Assembly: GCA_964628435.1 (NCBI GenBank)
Contig: CAZVON010000002.1
Coordinates: forward strand, 26,179 to 72,344
DNA: 46,166 nucleotides
Source: an uncultured Gammaproteobacteria bacterium
Lineage (GTDB): Bacteria; Patescibacteriota; Microgenomatia; Levybacterales; UBA12049
Direction of reading: 5' to 3'
Part shown: piece by piece, positions 19,188 to 28,279 of the stretch
Position numbering within the stretch: position 1 is the first letter of the stretch
Layout: every line of letters begins with the position of its first letter
The notes under the pieces: model-generated
What the model was told of the DNA's origin: nothing
Seen by the model: only the letters and a program-made list of their open reading frames with translations
Databases searched by the model: none
Program-made: the position numbers and the translations under genes

Positions 19188-21341
19188 ATGAAAAGATTAC
19201 TGCCCATCCTTTTGTTAAATATTATTACCATAGTATTGTTTACCAATGCTGCTTTAGCTCAAGTTACAGCAACTCCATCATTACCTACTGTTACTTCGGT
19301 TCCTACAGCAACTCCATCTATTACCCCATTAGATTCTATACAAGAAGGAGAATGGATAGAAGATCCGCAAGTGACATTTGTGGGAAAATCTGCGGCTCGA
19401 GCGCGAAATTTCCTTTCATCAGTTTTAGAAAACTCTGATTGGACAAATATCATATCGAGCACGCCGACTCCAGGTTCGATTTGGTCACGGGTCAGAAATA
19501 TTATGTATGCATCGTTGGTGTTATTTGTGCTTATAACCGCGTTTGTGATTATTATAAGCCGAGGAAGAAATGTACGTATCATGCGATTCATTCCTCGATT
19601 TTTACTACTTATTGTACTTATTACTTTCTCTTTTTCTCTTATTCAATTTTTATACCAAATAACAGATATTATTCAAAAGTTTTTCTTACGAGATCCGCAG
19701 GGAAACATTATTAGCGCACAGAGTCTTGCATATGTTGCTTATGACTATAATGACTTTCTTGGCTATCGACGAAATGGAACTGCGTTTGATGAGTCAGTAT
19801 TTACCTCGCTGATTTTGGTTAAATTGACAACGATTACTTTTTACTTGATGGGAGGAATTTTGCTTATTAGAAAAATAATTTTATGGTTTTTTGTGGTGCT
19901 TTCTCCCTTGTTTCCATTTTTACTCTTATACTCACCTATTCAAAATACCGCAAAAATATGGCTTGGTGAGTTTTTAAGATGGCTTTTATATGCCCCTCTT
20001 TTTGCGATTTTTTTGTCTGGACTGGTTTATTTTTGGAGCGTAATAACCCCTATTTCTTCTTCAGAAAACTTTTTATATCCGACTGCAACCAATATTCTGT
20101 TAGGCGGACCAGGCCAAATTGTTACATCGACAAATAGTATTAATGTGCAAGACACGTTTGTACTATATGTTGTGTCGCTTTTGATGATGTGGATTGTAAC
20201 ATTACTACCCTTTATTTTATTAAAAGTATTTCTTAATTATTTTCAATCTAGCTTGATGAATCAAGCTACCCTTGTTAAGGAGTTTCTGAATAGGCCTTCG
20301 GTACCAGAAACTCCACCCGCGCCATATAATCCTACTTCAGTGGCGCGCAATATTCCTTTTGTCAACAAAATATTTGTTCCTCCTTCTCCAAAAGTCCCAG
20401 AGATACCTCCATCTCCACCCCAATCAACAACAGGAATAGCACGACCAATACCCGTTACTACATCTTTCGGTATTCCTGCAACAAGAACCTTTACAGCGTC
20501 TCAACCTGCTCAAGTAGCAAGTAATAGGACAGTTTCGGCAAATACAAGTATTCTTCGCATGACCAATCTTTCAATTCCAACAATCCGAGATATCGCTCGA
20601 TTTGAAACAAGCACTATTTCGAATAATAAAGAAAGGCACGATGAAGTCATAAAGATGACAAATACTCTGGAAAAAATTGCTAATCCAATTAAAACAGCTT
20701 CTCCTGTCGAACAGAATCATTTCATCCAAGTAAAACAACAGCTTCAGCGAGAAAAGCAATATGGAAATCCTGTAGCCGCATCCATCTTATCCGCTGCTCA
20801 AACAGTTTCTTCAACAAATTTACCACATGTTCAAAAGTCAACAGTCCCTTCTGTTACAACCGCTTCTTTTCCTGTCGTAAACAGAGTTCAATCAGTAAGT
20901 TTTGATGATTACGAAGCTGTAAGAAAAATATGGCAAGAAAACTATCAAAAACTTGAACCTCCAAAAGACACAAAGGGTAGTCAGACCAAAGAAGAATGGA
21001 TTAAAAAAGATATAGATACGATAAATCAAACGGTTAACTTATTGCTTTCTCATGATCCTGCGAAAGTGAAGCAAGGAATGGACATGGTTGGGAAAATTTT
21101 GCCGTTTCTACTCATTGGAGGATTTTCCCAAACAGAAGTTATAGCCTACCTTAAGGCAAAATTAGAGGCAGGTAAAACAACTATTACAGAACTTAATAAA
21201 CAGCAAGAGCAAGAGGATACAAAACTTGATAGGGAGAAAAAAACTACAGAAGATCAACATGAAATGCATCTTTCCGCAGAACTTCCTGACCCATTAACAG
21301 AAAAAACTTCTTCAGAAAAAGAGAACTTGACTCCTGGATAG
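19188..21341 (+). CDS. Polytopic membrane protein, TrbL/VirB6-like core with long Pro/Thr-rich and helical C-terminal tail
   Basis: Signal peptide; WSRVRNIMY followed by about 6 TM helices including RKIILWFFVVLSPLFPFLLLY...KIWLGEFLRWLLYAPLF (VirB6-like pattern); adjacent to the pilin gene. Confidence 0.55.
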   Translation: MKRLLPILLLNIITIVLFTNAALAQVTATPSLPTVTSVPTATPSITPLDSIQEGEWIEDPQVTFVGKSAARARNFLSSVLENSDWTNIISSTPTPGSIWSRVRNIMYASLVLFVLITAFVIIISRGRNVRIMRFIPRFLLLIVLITFSFSLIQFLYQITDIIQKFFLRDPQGNIISAQSLAYVAYDYNDFLGYRRNGTAFDESVFTSLILVKLTTITFYLMGGILLIRKIILWFFVVLSPLFPFLLLYSPIQNTAKIWLGEFLRWLLYAPLFAIFLSGLVYFWSVITPISSSENFLYPTATNILLGGPGQIVTSTNSINVQDTFVLYVVSLLMMWIVTLLPFILLKVFLNYFQSSLMNQATLVKEFLNRPSVPETPPAPYNPTSVARNIPFVNKIFVPPSPKVPEIPPSPPQSTTGIARPIPVTTSFGIPATRTFTASQPAQVASNRTVSANTSILRMTNLSIPTIRDIARFETSTISNNKERHDEVIKMTNTLEKIANPIKTASPVEQNHFIQVKQQLQREKQYGNPVAASILSAAQTVSSTNLPHVQKSTVPSVTTASFPVVNRVQSVSFDDYEAVRKIWQENYQKLEPPKDTKGSQTKEEWIKKDIDTINQTVNLLLSHDPAKVKQGMDMVGKILPFLLIGGFSQTEVIAYLKAKLEAGKTTITELNKQQEQEDTKLDREKKTTEDQHEMHLSAELPDPLTEKTSSEKENLTPG

Positions 21342-21343
21342 AT

Positions 21344-22954
21344 ATGAACAAAGAGAGAGGATACATCAGCTTGCTGATTCTTATTACTGTTTTAGTAATG
21401 GGAGTCTGGTTTTTAAATCCAATAAAAACACCACCTTTTGCACAAAAGCAAGTATGTACATTAATAGATGCTTCTAAAAAAAAATATTTTAATAATAGAA
21501 GCTATACTCTTATTCGGGGTGTTTCACCGTTATCTACAGAACAATTTAGATATCATGTAAACAAACAAGAAGAGACAATCGATGGAAAACCAGTCTATAC
21601 TCCCAAAAGCAATTGCCAACTGGTTGACTTAGCCAGGCAACGCGATCCGCGTATCCCAGATCCAATCAGGGACGCCATTCTTACCCCTACTCCTGGATAT
21701 ATAACGCAATGTGCGGATGATCAAAGAACCGGAAGATCACGAGTAGCTTCTGTAAGTTGGGGAGGACTTGAAACAAAGGAGTTGCTGTTTATAGAAAATC
21801 CATCAGTACCACACCAGCCTGGGTTTATTTTTACAGAAATATATATAAGTGATGAGTATTTACAAAACTCAAGTGGGAGACTTCCTGATTTTATCGAAAA
21901 AGACTATTGTAATCAAAACTTTCCTGTTGACCCAAAACTCATTTTCCCAAATAAAAATGGAGAAATAGTGCCACCACCCTACATTTTTACTAACCAAATC
22001 CAATTTCATCCAGGGAAACCGCGACCTGAAGGAAGCATTTATACTATTTTTGCCTATCAAAATACCGCGACTTTATGGGGAGATACCTATGCAGGAGGGC
22101 TAAAAATTTCAGCAAATCCAAATAAAGATCCAGATGGTATTGGAAAATATATATACGGGTCAGGATCGACGCGAAAAACGTATACCGTTCGTATTGTTTC
22201 GTACGCCCAGTATCTTTCTTTGGTTGATGATGAAGATAATACGCTAGTGTATTTATACTCAAAAGAAATTCCTACCCCACAACCTGCTCAACTGACTCCA
22301 ACGCCTCGGCAAAAATTGCAAATAGACAAAATAAATGCTTTTGTTTTACAACCTTGGGGATGGTGGAGTCCAGAATGTAAACCCGCTGTCTACTTATATC
22401 CAGAGCAAACAACATCGGTTTCTGTAGAGATAAGACCAAAAGGATACTTAACGTATACTGACCCGCCGTACCCACCATCAGGATGGCACGTGATGGCGCA
22501 TCCTTCTGGCAGGATATCAACGCAAGGAAAAGAATATGAATACTTGTACTATGAGTCAAAAATCAAAGATGTAGAAATTCAAAAACCAACAAAAGGGTAT
22601 GTTGTACGATTTGATGAACTAGTAAAGCTGTATACAACAATTCTTCCTCAACTGGGTCTTTCAGACAAAGAAACACAGGATTTTAAAGATTACTGGCTTA
22701 AAGTTTTACCATATTCGCCGTATTACTTTGTCGGCATTATGGAACCATTGGCAATTGAAAAAATTGAACCCTTGACCATTACTCCAAAACCAACCACAAT
22801 AATAAGAGTACGATTGTATTTTGAAGCACAAGACACAATCAAAGTTGTTGAGCCTCCAGTATTGGTTGCTCAAAAGCGAAATGGTTTTACTGTTTCTGAA
22901 TGGGGGGGGATTGTCAAAGTTGACAAAAACCATCCATTCAGTTGTTCGCAGTAA
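21344..22954 (+). CDS. Exported/membrane-anchored protein with conserved C-terminal KP(A/V)xYLYP...EWGG domain of unknown function
   Basis: N-terminus ERGYISLLILITVLVMG (pilin-leader-like); C-terminal CKPAVYLYPE...GW.V.A.PSG...YLYYE...DFKDYW...IRV...GFTVSEWGG. Confidence 0.65.
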   Translation: MNKERGYISLLILITVLVMGVWFLNPIKTPPFAQKQVCTLIDASKKKYFNNRSYTLIRGVSPLSTEQFRYHVNKQEETIDGKPVYTPKSNCQLVDLARQRDPRIPDPIRDAILTPTPGYITQCADDQRTGRSRVASVSWGGLETKELLFIENPSVPHQPGFIFTEIYISDEYLQNSSGRLPDFIEKDYCNQNFPVDPKLIFPNKNGEIVPPPYIFTNQIQFHPGKPRPEGSIYTIFAYQNTATLWGDTYAGGLKISANPNKDPDGIGKYIYGSGSTRKTYTVRIVSYAQYLSLVDDEDNTLVYLYSKEIPTPQPAQLTPTPRQKLQIDKINAFVLQPWGWWSPECKPAVYLYPEQTTSVSVEIRPKGYLTYTDPPYPPSGWHVMAHPSGRISTQGKEYEYLYYESKIKDVEIQKPTKGYVVRFDELVKLYTTILPQLGLSDKETQDFKDYWLKVLPYSPYYFVGIMEPLAIEKIEPLTITPKPTTIIRVRLYFEAQDTIKVVEPPVLVAQKRNGFTVSEWGGIVKVDKNHPFSCSQ

Positions 22955-22995
22955 AGCTAAAAGGTAAAATGCAACTGCTTTTAACTTTTTAACCT

Positions 22996-25503
22996 ATGTT
23001 AGGAAATTTCTTTAATCACAAAAAAACGAATACAGAACAACAGAACAATAATTCTAGCTCAGGAGCACATTCTTCTCAAGCTGAATTTATCGGATCTTCC
23101 ATGCAACCATCGGTTCGGCAAGACCTTTCGGTACTCTCGCATCTTGATACTAGATCTGTGTCAGTACTTCACCAAGCAGAAGAAGAAGCAAAGCGACTTA
23201 AGCAAGAATACATTGAGCCAGAACATATCCTAATAGGTTTGTTATATGATGGCGATATTTTTCAACTGTTAGCAAAGCTTTCTATTGATGCGGCAGGACT
23301 TTCTCATGCATTGCAAGGTCAATGTCGTCAGGGTACATTCAGTGGCCAGCCGAGATTAAGTGAGATTTCAAAAAGCCTTTTTGAAAATGCGCATCAAGGA
23401 GCAAAAGCGCGGTCTGCCGAATTTATTAGCCCGGAAGATTTACTTCTTTCTTTCTATGCTGTTGGCGGTACCTCAGCCTCGTTTCTTACCTCACAAGGAA
23501 TGTCAAGAGAAAAACTTCAAGACGCTCTTTCGTCACACGCTGCTTTTGTGATGGGAAAGAAATCAGTTCTTGAAAAATTTGGAACCGATCTTACCCAGGA
23601 AGCTCAAAAAGAAAAACTTGATCCAGTCGTGGGACGGGATAAAGAAGTAGAACGACTCGTTCATATATTGCTTCGCCGAACAAAAAATAATCCGATTGTC
23701 ATTGGCGAGGCAGGAGTTGGAAAAACAGCACTCGTTGAAGGACTAGCAGAAATGATAGTAAATGGCCAAGCACCAAAAGATTTACTGAATAGAAGAATAA
23801 TCCAACTCGATCTTGCCTCGTTAGTAGCAGGCGCATCGCATCGTGGAGAATTTGAAGAACGGCTCAAAGACGTTATTCAAGAAGTACAATTATCAAATGG
23901 TAACATAATCTTATTTATTGATGAAATTCACACGCTTATTGGCGCAGGTGAACAAGGAGGAGCATTGGATGCATCTAATATTATTAAACCGTACTTAGCG
24001 CGTGGACAATTGCAGCTTATTGGTACAACTACCATTTCTGAATATCGAAAATACTTTGAAAAAGACAAAGCATTCCAACGACGGTTCCAACCAATTGTTG
24101 CTGATGAACCAACAGAAGAAGTTGCTTTACAGATGCTTGCAGTGCTCAAACCAAAGTATGAAAAGTTTCATACTGTTGAATTAAGCGATGAGGCGTTAAA
24201 AGCAGCAGTACATTTGTCTAAAAAATATATTGGCGAGCGGTTTCTGCCAGATAAAGCAGTTGATTTACTAGACGAAGCAGCAGCAGAGGTAAAACTTCTC
24301 AATACCTCGGGAAAAAGATCAGACAACACGGTAAATCAACAAGATATTGAAAAAATCGTCAGTGGGTGGACTGGAATTCCTATCACCAAACTCACTGAAG
24401 ATGAAAGTCAAAAACTGCTTAATTTAGAAAAGCTTATTCATAATCGGTTGATTGATCAAAAAGAAGCAGTCGCATCAGTAGCCGAAGCAGTACGACGCGG
24501 TCGTATTGGGTTGGCAAGTCCAAACAGGCCAATTGCGTCTTTTATTTTCTTAGGGCCAACCGGGGTTGGAAAAACAGAACTTGCAAAAACCATTGCAGAG
24601 ATTCTGTTTGGAAAAGATGATGCCATGGTACGATTGGATATGAGCGAATACATGGAAAAACACGAAGTGGCAAAGTTGATTGGCGCGCCGCCTGGGTATG
24701 TGGGATACGAAGAAGGGGGCCAGCTTACTGAAGCAGTACGGGCAAAACCATACTCAATTGTTCTTCTGGATGAAATAGAGAAAGCACATCCAGATGTATT
24801 CAATATTTTATTGCAACTTCTTGAAGATGGACGGCTTACCGACAACAAAGGCAATACCATTTCGTTTAAAAATACCATTGTCATCGCTACCTCAAATATT
24901 GGGAGCCTTTTGATTCAACAGCACCTAAGCCAAAATACACAAATTCAGCAAGATTTTGAAAAAGAATTTAAAAATTTAAAGGAAATTCTTATGCAAGAAT
25001 TGCTCAAGTTTTTCAAACCAGAGTTGGTGAATCGTTTTGACGAAGTAGTTGTCTTTAAGCCACTAGGCCAGCAAGATATGTCAGCAATAGCAAAGTTGGG
25101 TATCCAAAAAACGCAGAAACTCTTAAAAGAGCAAGGATTAGACATGCAGATTACTGATCAAGCTTTGTCTATTTTGGCTAAGGAAGGTTATGATCCTGTG
25201 TATGGTGCCAGGCCACTTCGTCGTTTAATCCAAAGCGCTATCGAAAATCCAATCGCGCTTTTATTAATCCAAAAAACATTTGTATCTGGAGATACTATAC
25301 GTCTTGACTATGATATGCAACAACAAAAATTTACCTTTACCAAAGGCCAACCAGCACAGCCGGTTCAAGCGTCGACTCCTCCTCAAAACTCATCTCCTCA
25401 ACAACCGCCCACTATGTCTGAGTTTCCACCGACAAGCGTCACATCTCAATCTGTGAATATCTCTCAAAATTCTAGCTCGAGTGTTGAATCTTCAGTTGTA
25501 TAA
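22996..25503 (+). CDS. Clp/Hsp100 AAA+ ATPase (double Clp-N, two NBDs) lacking M-domain and IGF loop
   Basis: Two Clp-N repeats; GEAGVGKT / FIDEIH; GPTGVGKT / LDEIEKAH; PPGYVGY; GARPLRR; very short NBD1-NBD2 linker. Confidence 0.9.
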   Translation: MLGNFFNHKKTNTEQQNNNSSSGAHSSQAEFIGSSMQPSVRQDLSVLSHLDTRSVSVLHQAEEEAKRLKQEYIEPEHILIGLLYDGDIFQLLAKLSIDAAGLSHALQGQCRQGTFSGQPRLSEISKSLFENAHQGAKARSAEFISPEDLLLSFYAVGGTSASFLTSQGMSREKLQDALSSHAAFVMGKKSVLEKFGTDLTQEAQKEKLDPVVGRDKEVERLVHILLRRTKNNPIVIGEAGVGKTALVEGLAEMIVNGQAPKDLLNRRIIQLDLASLVAGASHRGEFEERLKDVIQEVQLSNGNIILFIDEIHTLIGAGEQGGALDASNIIKPYLARGQLQLIGTTTISEYRKYFEKDKAFQRRFQPIVADEPTEEVALQMLAVLKPKYEKFHTVELSDEALKAAVHLSKKYIGERFLPDKAVDLLDEAAAEVKLLNTSGKRSDNTVNQQDIEKIVSGWTGIPITKLTEDESQKLLNLEKLIHNRLIDQKEAVASVAEAVRRGRIGLASPNRPIASFIFLGPTGVGKTELAKTIAEILFGKDDAMVRLDMSEYMEKHEVAKLIGAPPGYVGYEEGGQLTEAVRAKPYSIVLLDEIEKAHPDVFNILLQLLEDGRLTDNKGNTISFKNTIVIATSNIGSLLIQQHLSQNTQIQQDFEKEFKNLKEILMQELLKFFKPELVNRFDEVVVFKPLGQQDMSAIAKLGIQKTQKLLKEQGLDMQITDQALSILAKEGYDPVYGARPLRRLIQSAIENPIALLLIQKTFVSGDTIRLDYDMQQQKFTFTKGQPAQPVQASTPPQNSSPQQPPTMSEFPPTSVTSQSVNISQNSSSSVESSVV

Positions 25504-25629
25504 GAAAAATGTTCTGGCTTCCTCATGCGACGATCATATCAATGCCAAAATGAAAAATCTAAGATATCTTGACAATTATTTTTTTGCGTGGAATAGTAAT
25601 ATACAGATATACAAACGCCTTTCTTCGGG

Positions 25630-25658
25630 TTGAAGCTTTTTAGTGGATTTGGTATACT
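25630..25658 (+). promoter_or_regulatory. Promoter for leaderless nusA
   Basis: TTGAAG (25630-25635), 17 nt, TGgTATACT (-10 at 25653-25658), 7 nt before ATG 25666; a second TTGACA at 25569-25574. Confidence 0.6.
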
Positions 25659-25665
25659 TACCCAT

Positions 25666-26688
25666 ATGCCAGCTATACAAAGAAGCGAATTTGCACTTGC
25701 TCTCAACCAAGTTGCCACTGAACGGGGTATAGATATAAAAGTGGTTCTAGAAGCAGTAGAAAATGCTATTTTGGCTGCGTATCGGAAAGATCATCCAGGT
25801 GTAGAGGTAGAAGAATATAGAGCTTCTTTAAATCCTAGTACGGGTGAAGCTAAAATCTTTCACAATGATACAAATGTTACTCCTCCAGGATTTGGTCGTA
25901 TTGCAGCTCAGACAGCAAAACAGGTAATCCTTCAAAAAATCCGAGAAAAAGAAAAAGAGGCCATTTTATCTGAGTATAAAATACGGGTGGGAACCATTGT
26001 AAATGGAATGGTGCTTCGTTTTGCCGGGCCAAACGTGATTGTTGACATTGGGAAGACGGAAGCGGTTATGCCACCTCCTGAGCAAATCACAAACGAAAAA
26101 TATCATTTAAATCAGCGACTGACGGTATATCTTTTAGAAATTCGACCAGGACTAAAAGGAGATGAAATCATTGTCTCTCGAGCAAATACAGGATTACTAG
26201 AAGGACTCTTTAAACGGGAAGTTCCTGAAATCGCCCAGGGAAGTGTGATTATTAAAGCGATAGCACGGGAGGCTGGAAACAGATCAAAAATCGCAGTCTA
26301 CTCAAACCAAGGTGGTATTGACCCAGTTGGAAGCTGCGTTGGTCAAAAAGGCGTTCGAGTACAAGCAATTATTCAAGAATTTGGTGGCTTGGAAAAAATC
26401 GATATCATTCAATGGCAAGAAAGCCCCAAAAACTATATTGCGCAGGCACTTTCTCCAGTAAAAGACTTGAGGGTAGAAATTAACGAAGAAGAAAAAACTG
26501 CTCGTGTATACGTTGCTCAAAAAGATCTTTCTTTGGCAATTGGAAAAGATGGTCAAAATGTGCGCCTTGCTTCCAAACTCACGGGATACCGCATTGAAAT
26601 TGAATCTCAGGAGCTTCTTGTAACCACAGCCAAAGATGATTTAGAAGAAGAGGCAGACACGAAAAAAAGAAAAAATGAAGAAAAATAA
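25666..26688 (+). CDS. nusA: Transcription elongation factor NusA
   Basis: FGRIAAQTAKQVILQKIRE, S1 domain, AREAGNRSKIAV, DPVGSCVGQKG, AIGKDGQNVRLA; ATG 25666 preferred. Confidence 0.97.
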   Translation: MPAIQRSEFALALNQVATERGIDIKVVLEAVENAILAAYRKDHPGVEVEEYRASLNPSTGEAKIFHNDTNVTPPGFGRIAAQTAKQVILQKIREKEKEAILSEYKIRVGTIVNGMVLRFAGPNVIVDIGKTEAVMPPPEQITNEKYHLNQRLTVYLLEIRPGLKGDEIIVSRANTGLLEGLFKREVPEIAQGSVIIKAIAREAGNRSKIAVYSNQGGIDPVGSCVGQKGVRVQAIIQEFGGLEKIDIIQWQESPKNYIAQALSPVKDLRVEINEEEKTARVYVAQKDLSLAIGKDGQNVRLASKLTGYRIEIESQELLVTTAKDDLEEEADTKKRKNEEK

Positions 26689-26789
26689 ATTCGAAAAAAG
26701 TCAAAGCACTTGAGACAATGAAAAAAAGTAGTCTTAAAAATGTGAGTTTTGAGATTATTTCGTGCTACGGATTTGGAGCTTTGAATTTA
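26686..26789 (+). repeat. Structured inverted-repeat spacer between nusA and infB
   Basis: TAAATTCGAA (26686-26695) pairs with TTTGAATTTA (26780-26789; one G.U); inner AGCAC/GTGCT complementarity. Confidence 0.5.
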
Positions 26790-26797
26790 AATGTTTT

Positions 26798-28273
26798 ATG
26801 GCATACAAAAGTAAAGAAAGAAAGGTTGCGGCAGAAAAAAACTCTTCGCTTTTTCCTCCAGTAGTTTCTGTTTTGGGTCATGTCGATCATGGTAAAACAA
26901 CTCTTCTTGATGCTATTAGACAGTCTCATATCGCTCAAAGAGAACATGGGGGTATCACTCAGAAAATTGGAGCATCAAGTGTTGAAATTATACATGAAGG
27001 GGTCAAACGAAAAATTACCTTTATCGATACTCCAGGTCACGAAGCGTTTTCCTTGATGCGTAGTCGAGGCGCACAAGTTGCAGATGTCGGTCTTTTGATT
27101 GTTTCTGTGGTAGATGGGGTGATGCCGCAAACGAAAGAATCAATTCAACTGCTTTTAACTTCAAAAGTTCCCTATATTGTAGTTCTTACTAAAGCTGATT
27201 TACCAGATAAACGTGCGGAAAAAGTTAAACAGCAGCTACTCAAAGAAGGGGTTTCGCTTGAAGGATATGGTGGAGATGTTCCAGTTATTGAAGTGTCTGC
27301 GAAAACAGGGCTTCATATGAAAGAATTGTTAGAACTGATACTATTGGTATATGATCTTCATCAAGAACTCCGTACGGATCTTTCTGAAATAGGTCCGCTT
27401 AAAGCAGTTATTGTTGAATCACGCCTTGATAAAAAATCAGGTCCCAGGGCATCTGTAGTTATTAAAAATGGGACTCTTTCCATTCGAGACGAGATAGTTT
27501 GTGATGGTATGCGCAGTAAAGTTCGCTCGCTTAGTACTGATACCGTAGCACAGATTCAAAAGGCCACCATAGGACAAGCTGTAGAAGTGCTCGGATTTGG
27601 CGAAGTACCCAAAGTTGGTGCGGTTGTACAAAGGTCTTCAGAAACAAAAGGTACCTTTTCTTCTTCTGGGAAGCCAGCATCATTGTCTTATTCACCAACT
27701 ATAGAAAAAGAGAAACTTGCAGTTATTCTGTGTGCTGATACGCAAGGTTCTCTTGAGGCTATTACATATTCTCTCCCAGAAAAAGTATATGTGGTAGCTG
27801 CAAAAACAGGAGAAGTAACCGAAGGAGATGTGTTACATGCAAAATCAACCGGAGCGATTATTTTAAGTTTTAATAGTAAGATACGCATAGAAATACTCAA
27901 ATTAGCACAAATTGAAAGAGTATTGCTTAAAAACTATACTATTATCTACGAATTATTGGATGAAATACGAGAAGCGTTAGAAGGAAAGGAATTGGCAATG
28001 GAAGAGCAAATCTTTGGTACTGCAAAAGTGCTTGCTCGGTTTCCCTTCGAAAAAACCTTTGTGCTTGGGATCAAGGTACTTGATGGTCGTGTAGCTCGTG
28101 GGGACAGAGTTCGGCTAGTGCGGGGGGAAGAAGTTTTAGGAGAAAGTACGGTTACTTCTTTACACCATGGTAAAGACTCTATATCAAAAATTGAAAAAGG
28201 TCAAGAAGCTGGTATTATTCTTTTTCCTTTCCTTGACTTTGAGATAGGTGATATGGTAATATGCCATGGATAA
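26798..28273 (+). CDS. infB: Translation initiation factor IF-2 (minimal, no N-terminal domain)
   Basis: PPVVSVLGHVDHGKTTLLD, GGITQKIGA, DTPGHEAF, SAKTG; G domain starts about 20 aa from ATG 26798. Confidence 0.96.
   Translation: MAYKSKERKVAAEKNSSLFPPVVSVLGHVDHGKTTLLDAIRQSHIAQREHGGITQKIGASSVEIIHEGVKRKITFIDTPGHEAFSLMRSRGAQVADVGLLIVSVVDGVMPQTKESIQLLLTSKVPYIVVLTKADLPDKRAEKVKQQLLKEGVSLEGYGGDVPVIEVSAKTGLHMKELLELILLVYDLHQELRTDLSEIGPLKAVIVESRLDKKSGPRASVVIKNGTLSIRDEIVCDGMRSKVRSLSTDTVAQIQKATIGQAVEVLGFGEVPKVGAVVQRSSETKGTFSSSGKPASLSYSPTIEKEKLAVILCADTQGSLEAITYSLPEKVYVVAAKTGEVTEGDVLHAKSTGAIILSFNSKIRIEILKLAQIERVLLKNYTIIYELLDEIREALEGKELAMEEQIFGTAKVLARFPFEKTFVLGIKVLDGRVARGDRVRLVRGEEVLGESTVTSLHHGKDSISKIEKGQEAGIILFPFLDFEIGDMVICHG
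28233..28262 (+). promoter_or_regulatory. Internal promoter in the infB 3' end driving the DHH-like gene
   Basis: TTGACT (28233-28238), 18 nt, TGgTAATAT (-10 at 28257-28262). Confidence 0.5.
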
Positions 28274-28279
28274 ACGACT

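Noticed and set aside
19265-19318. 15-nt direct repeat TACAGCAACTCCATC (TATPS twice)
   Set aside because: Ordinary duplication in a Thr/Pro/Ser linker; only two copies, not a CRISPR array.
18888-25503. Conjugative element or ICE interpretation of the pilin locus
   Set aside because: No relaxase, coupling protein, VirB4, integrase or att repeats were seen, and composition looks like the flanking core genes.
22996-25503. Naming the ATPase clpB or clpC
   Set aside because: It lacks the M-domain/UVR motif and the IGF loop, so the gene symbol was withheld.
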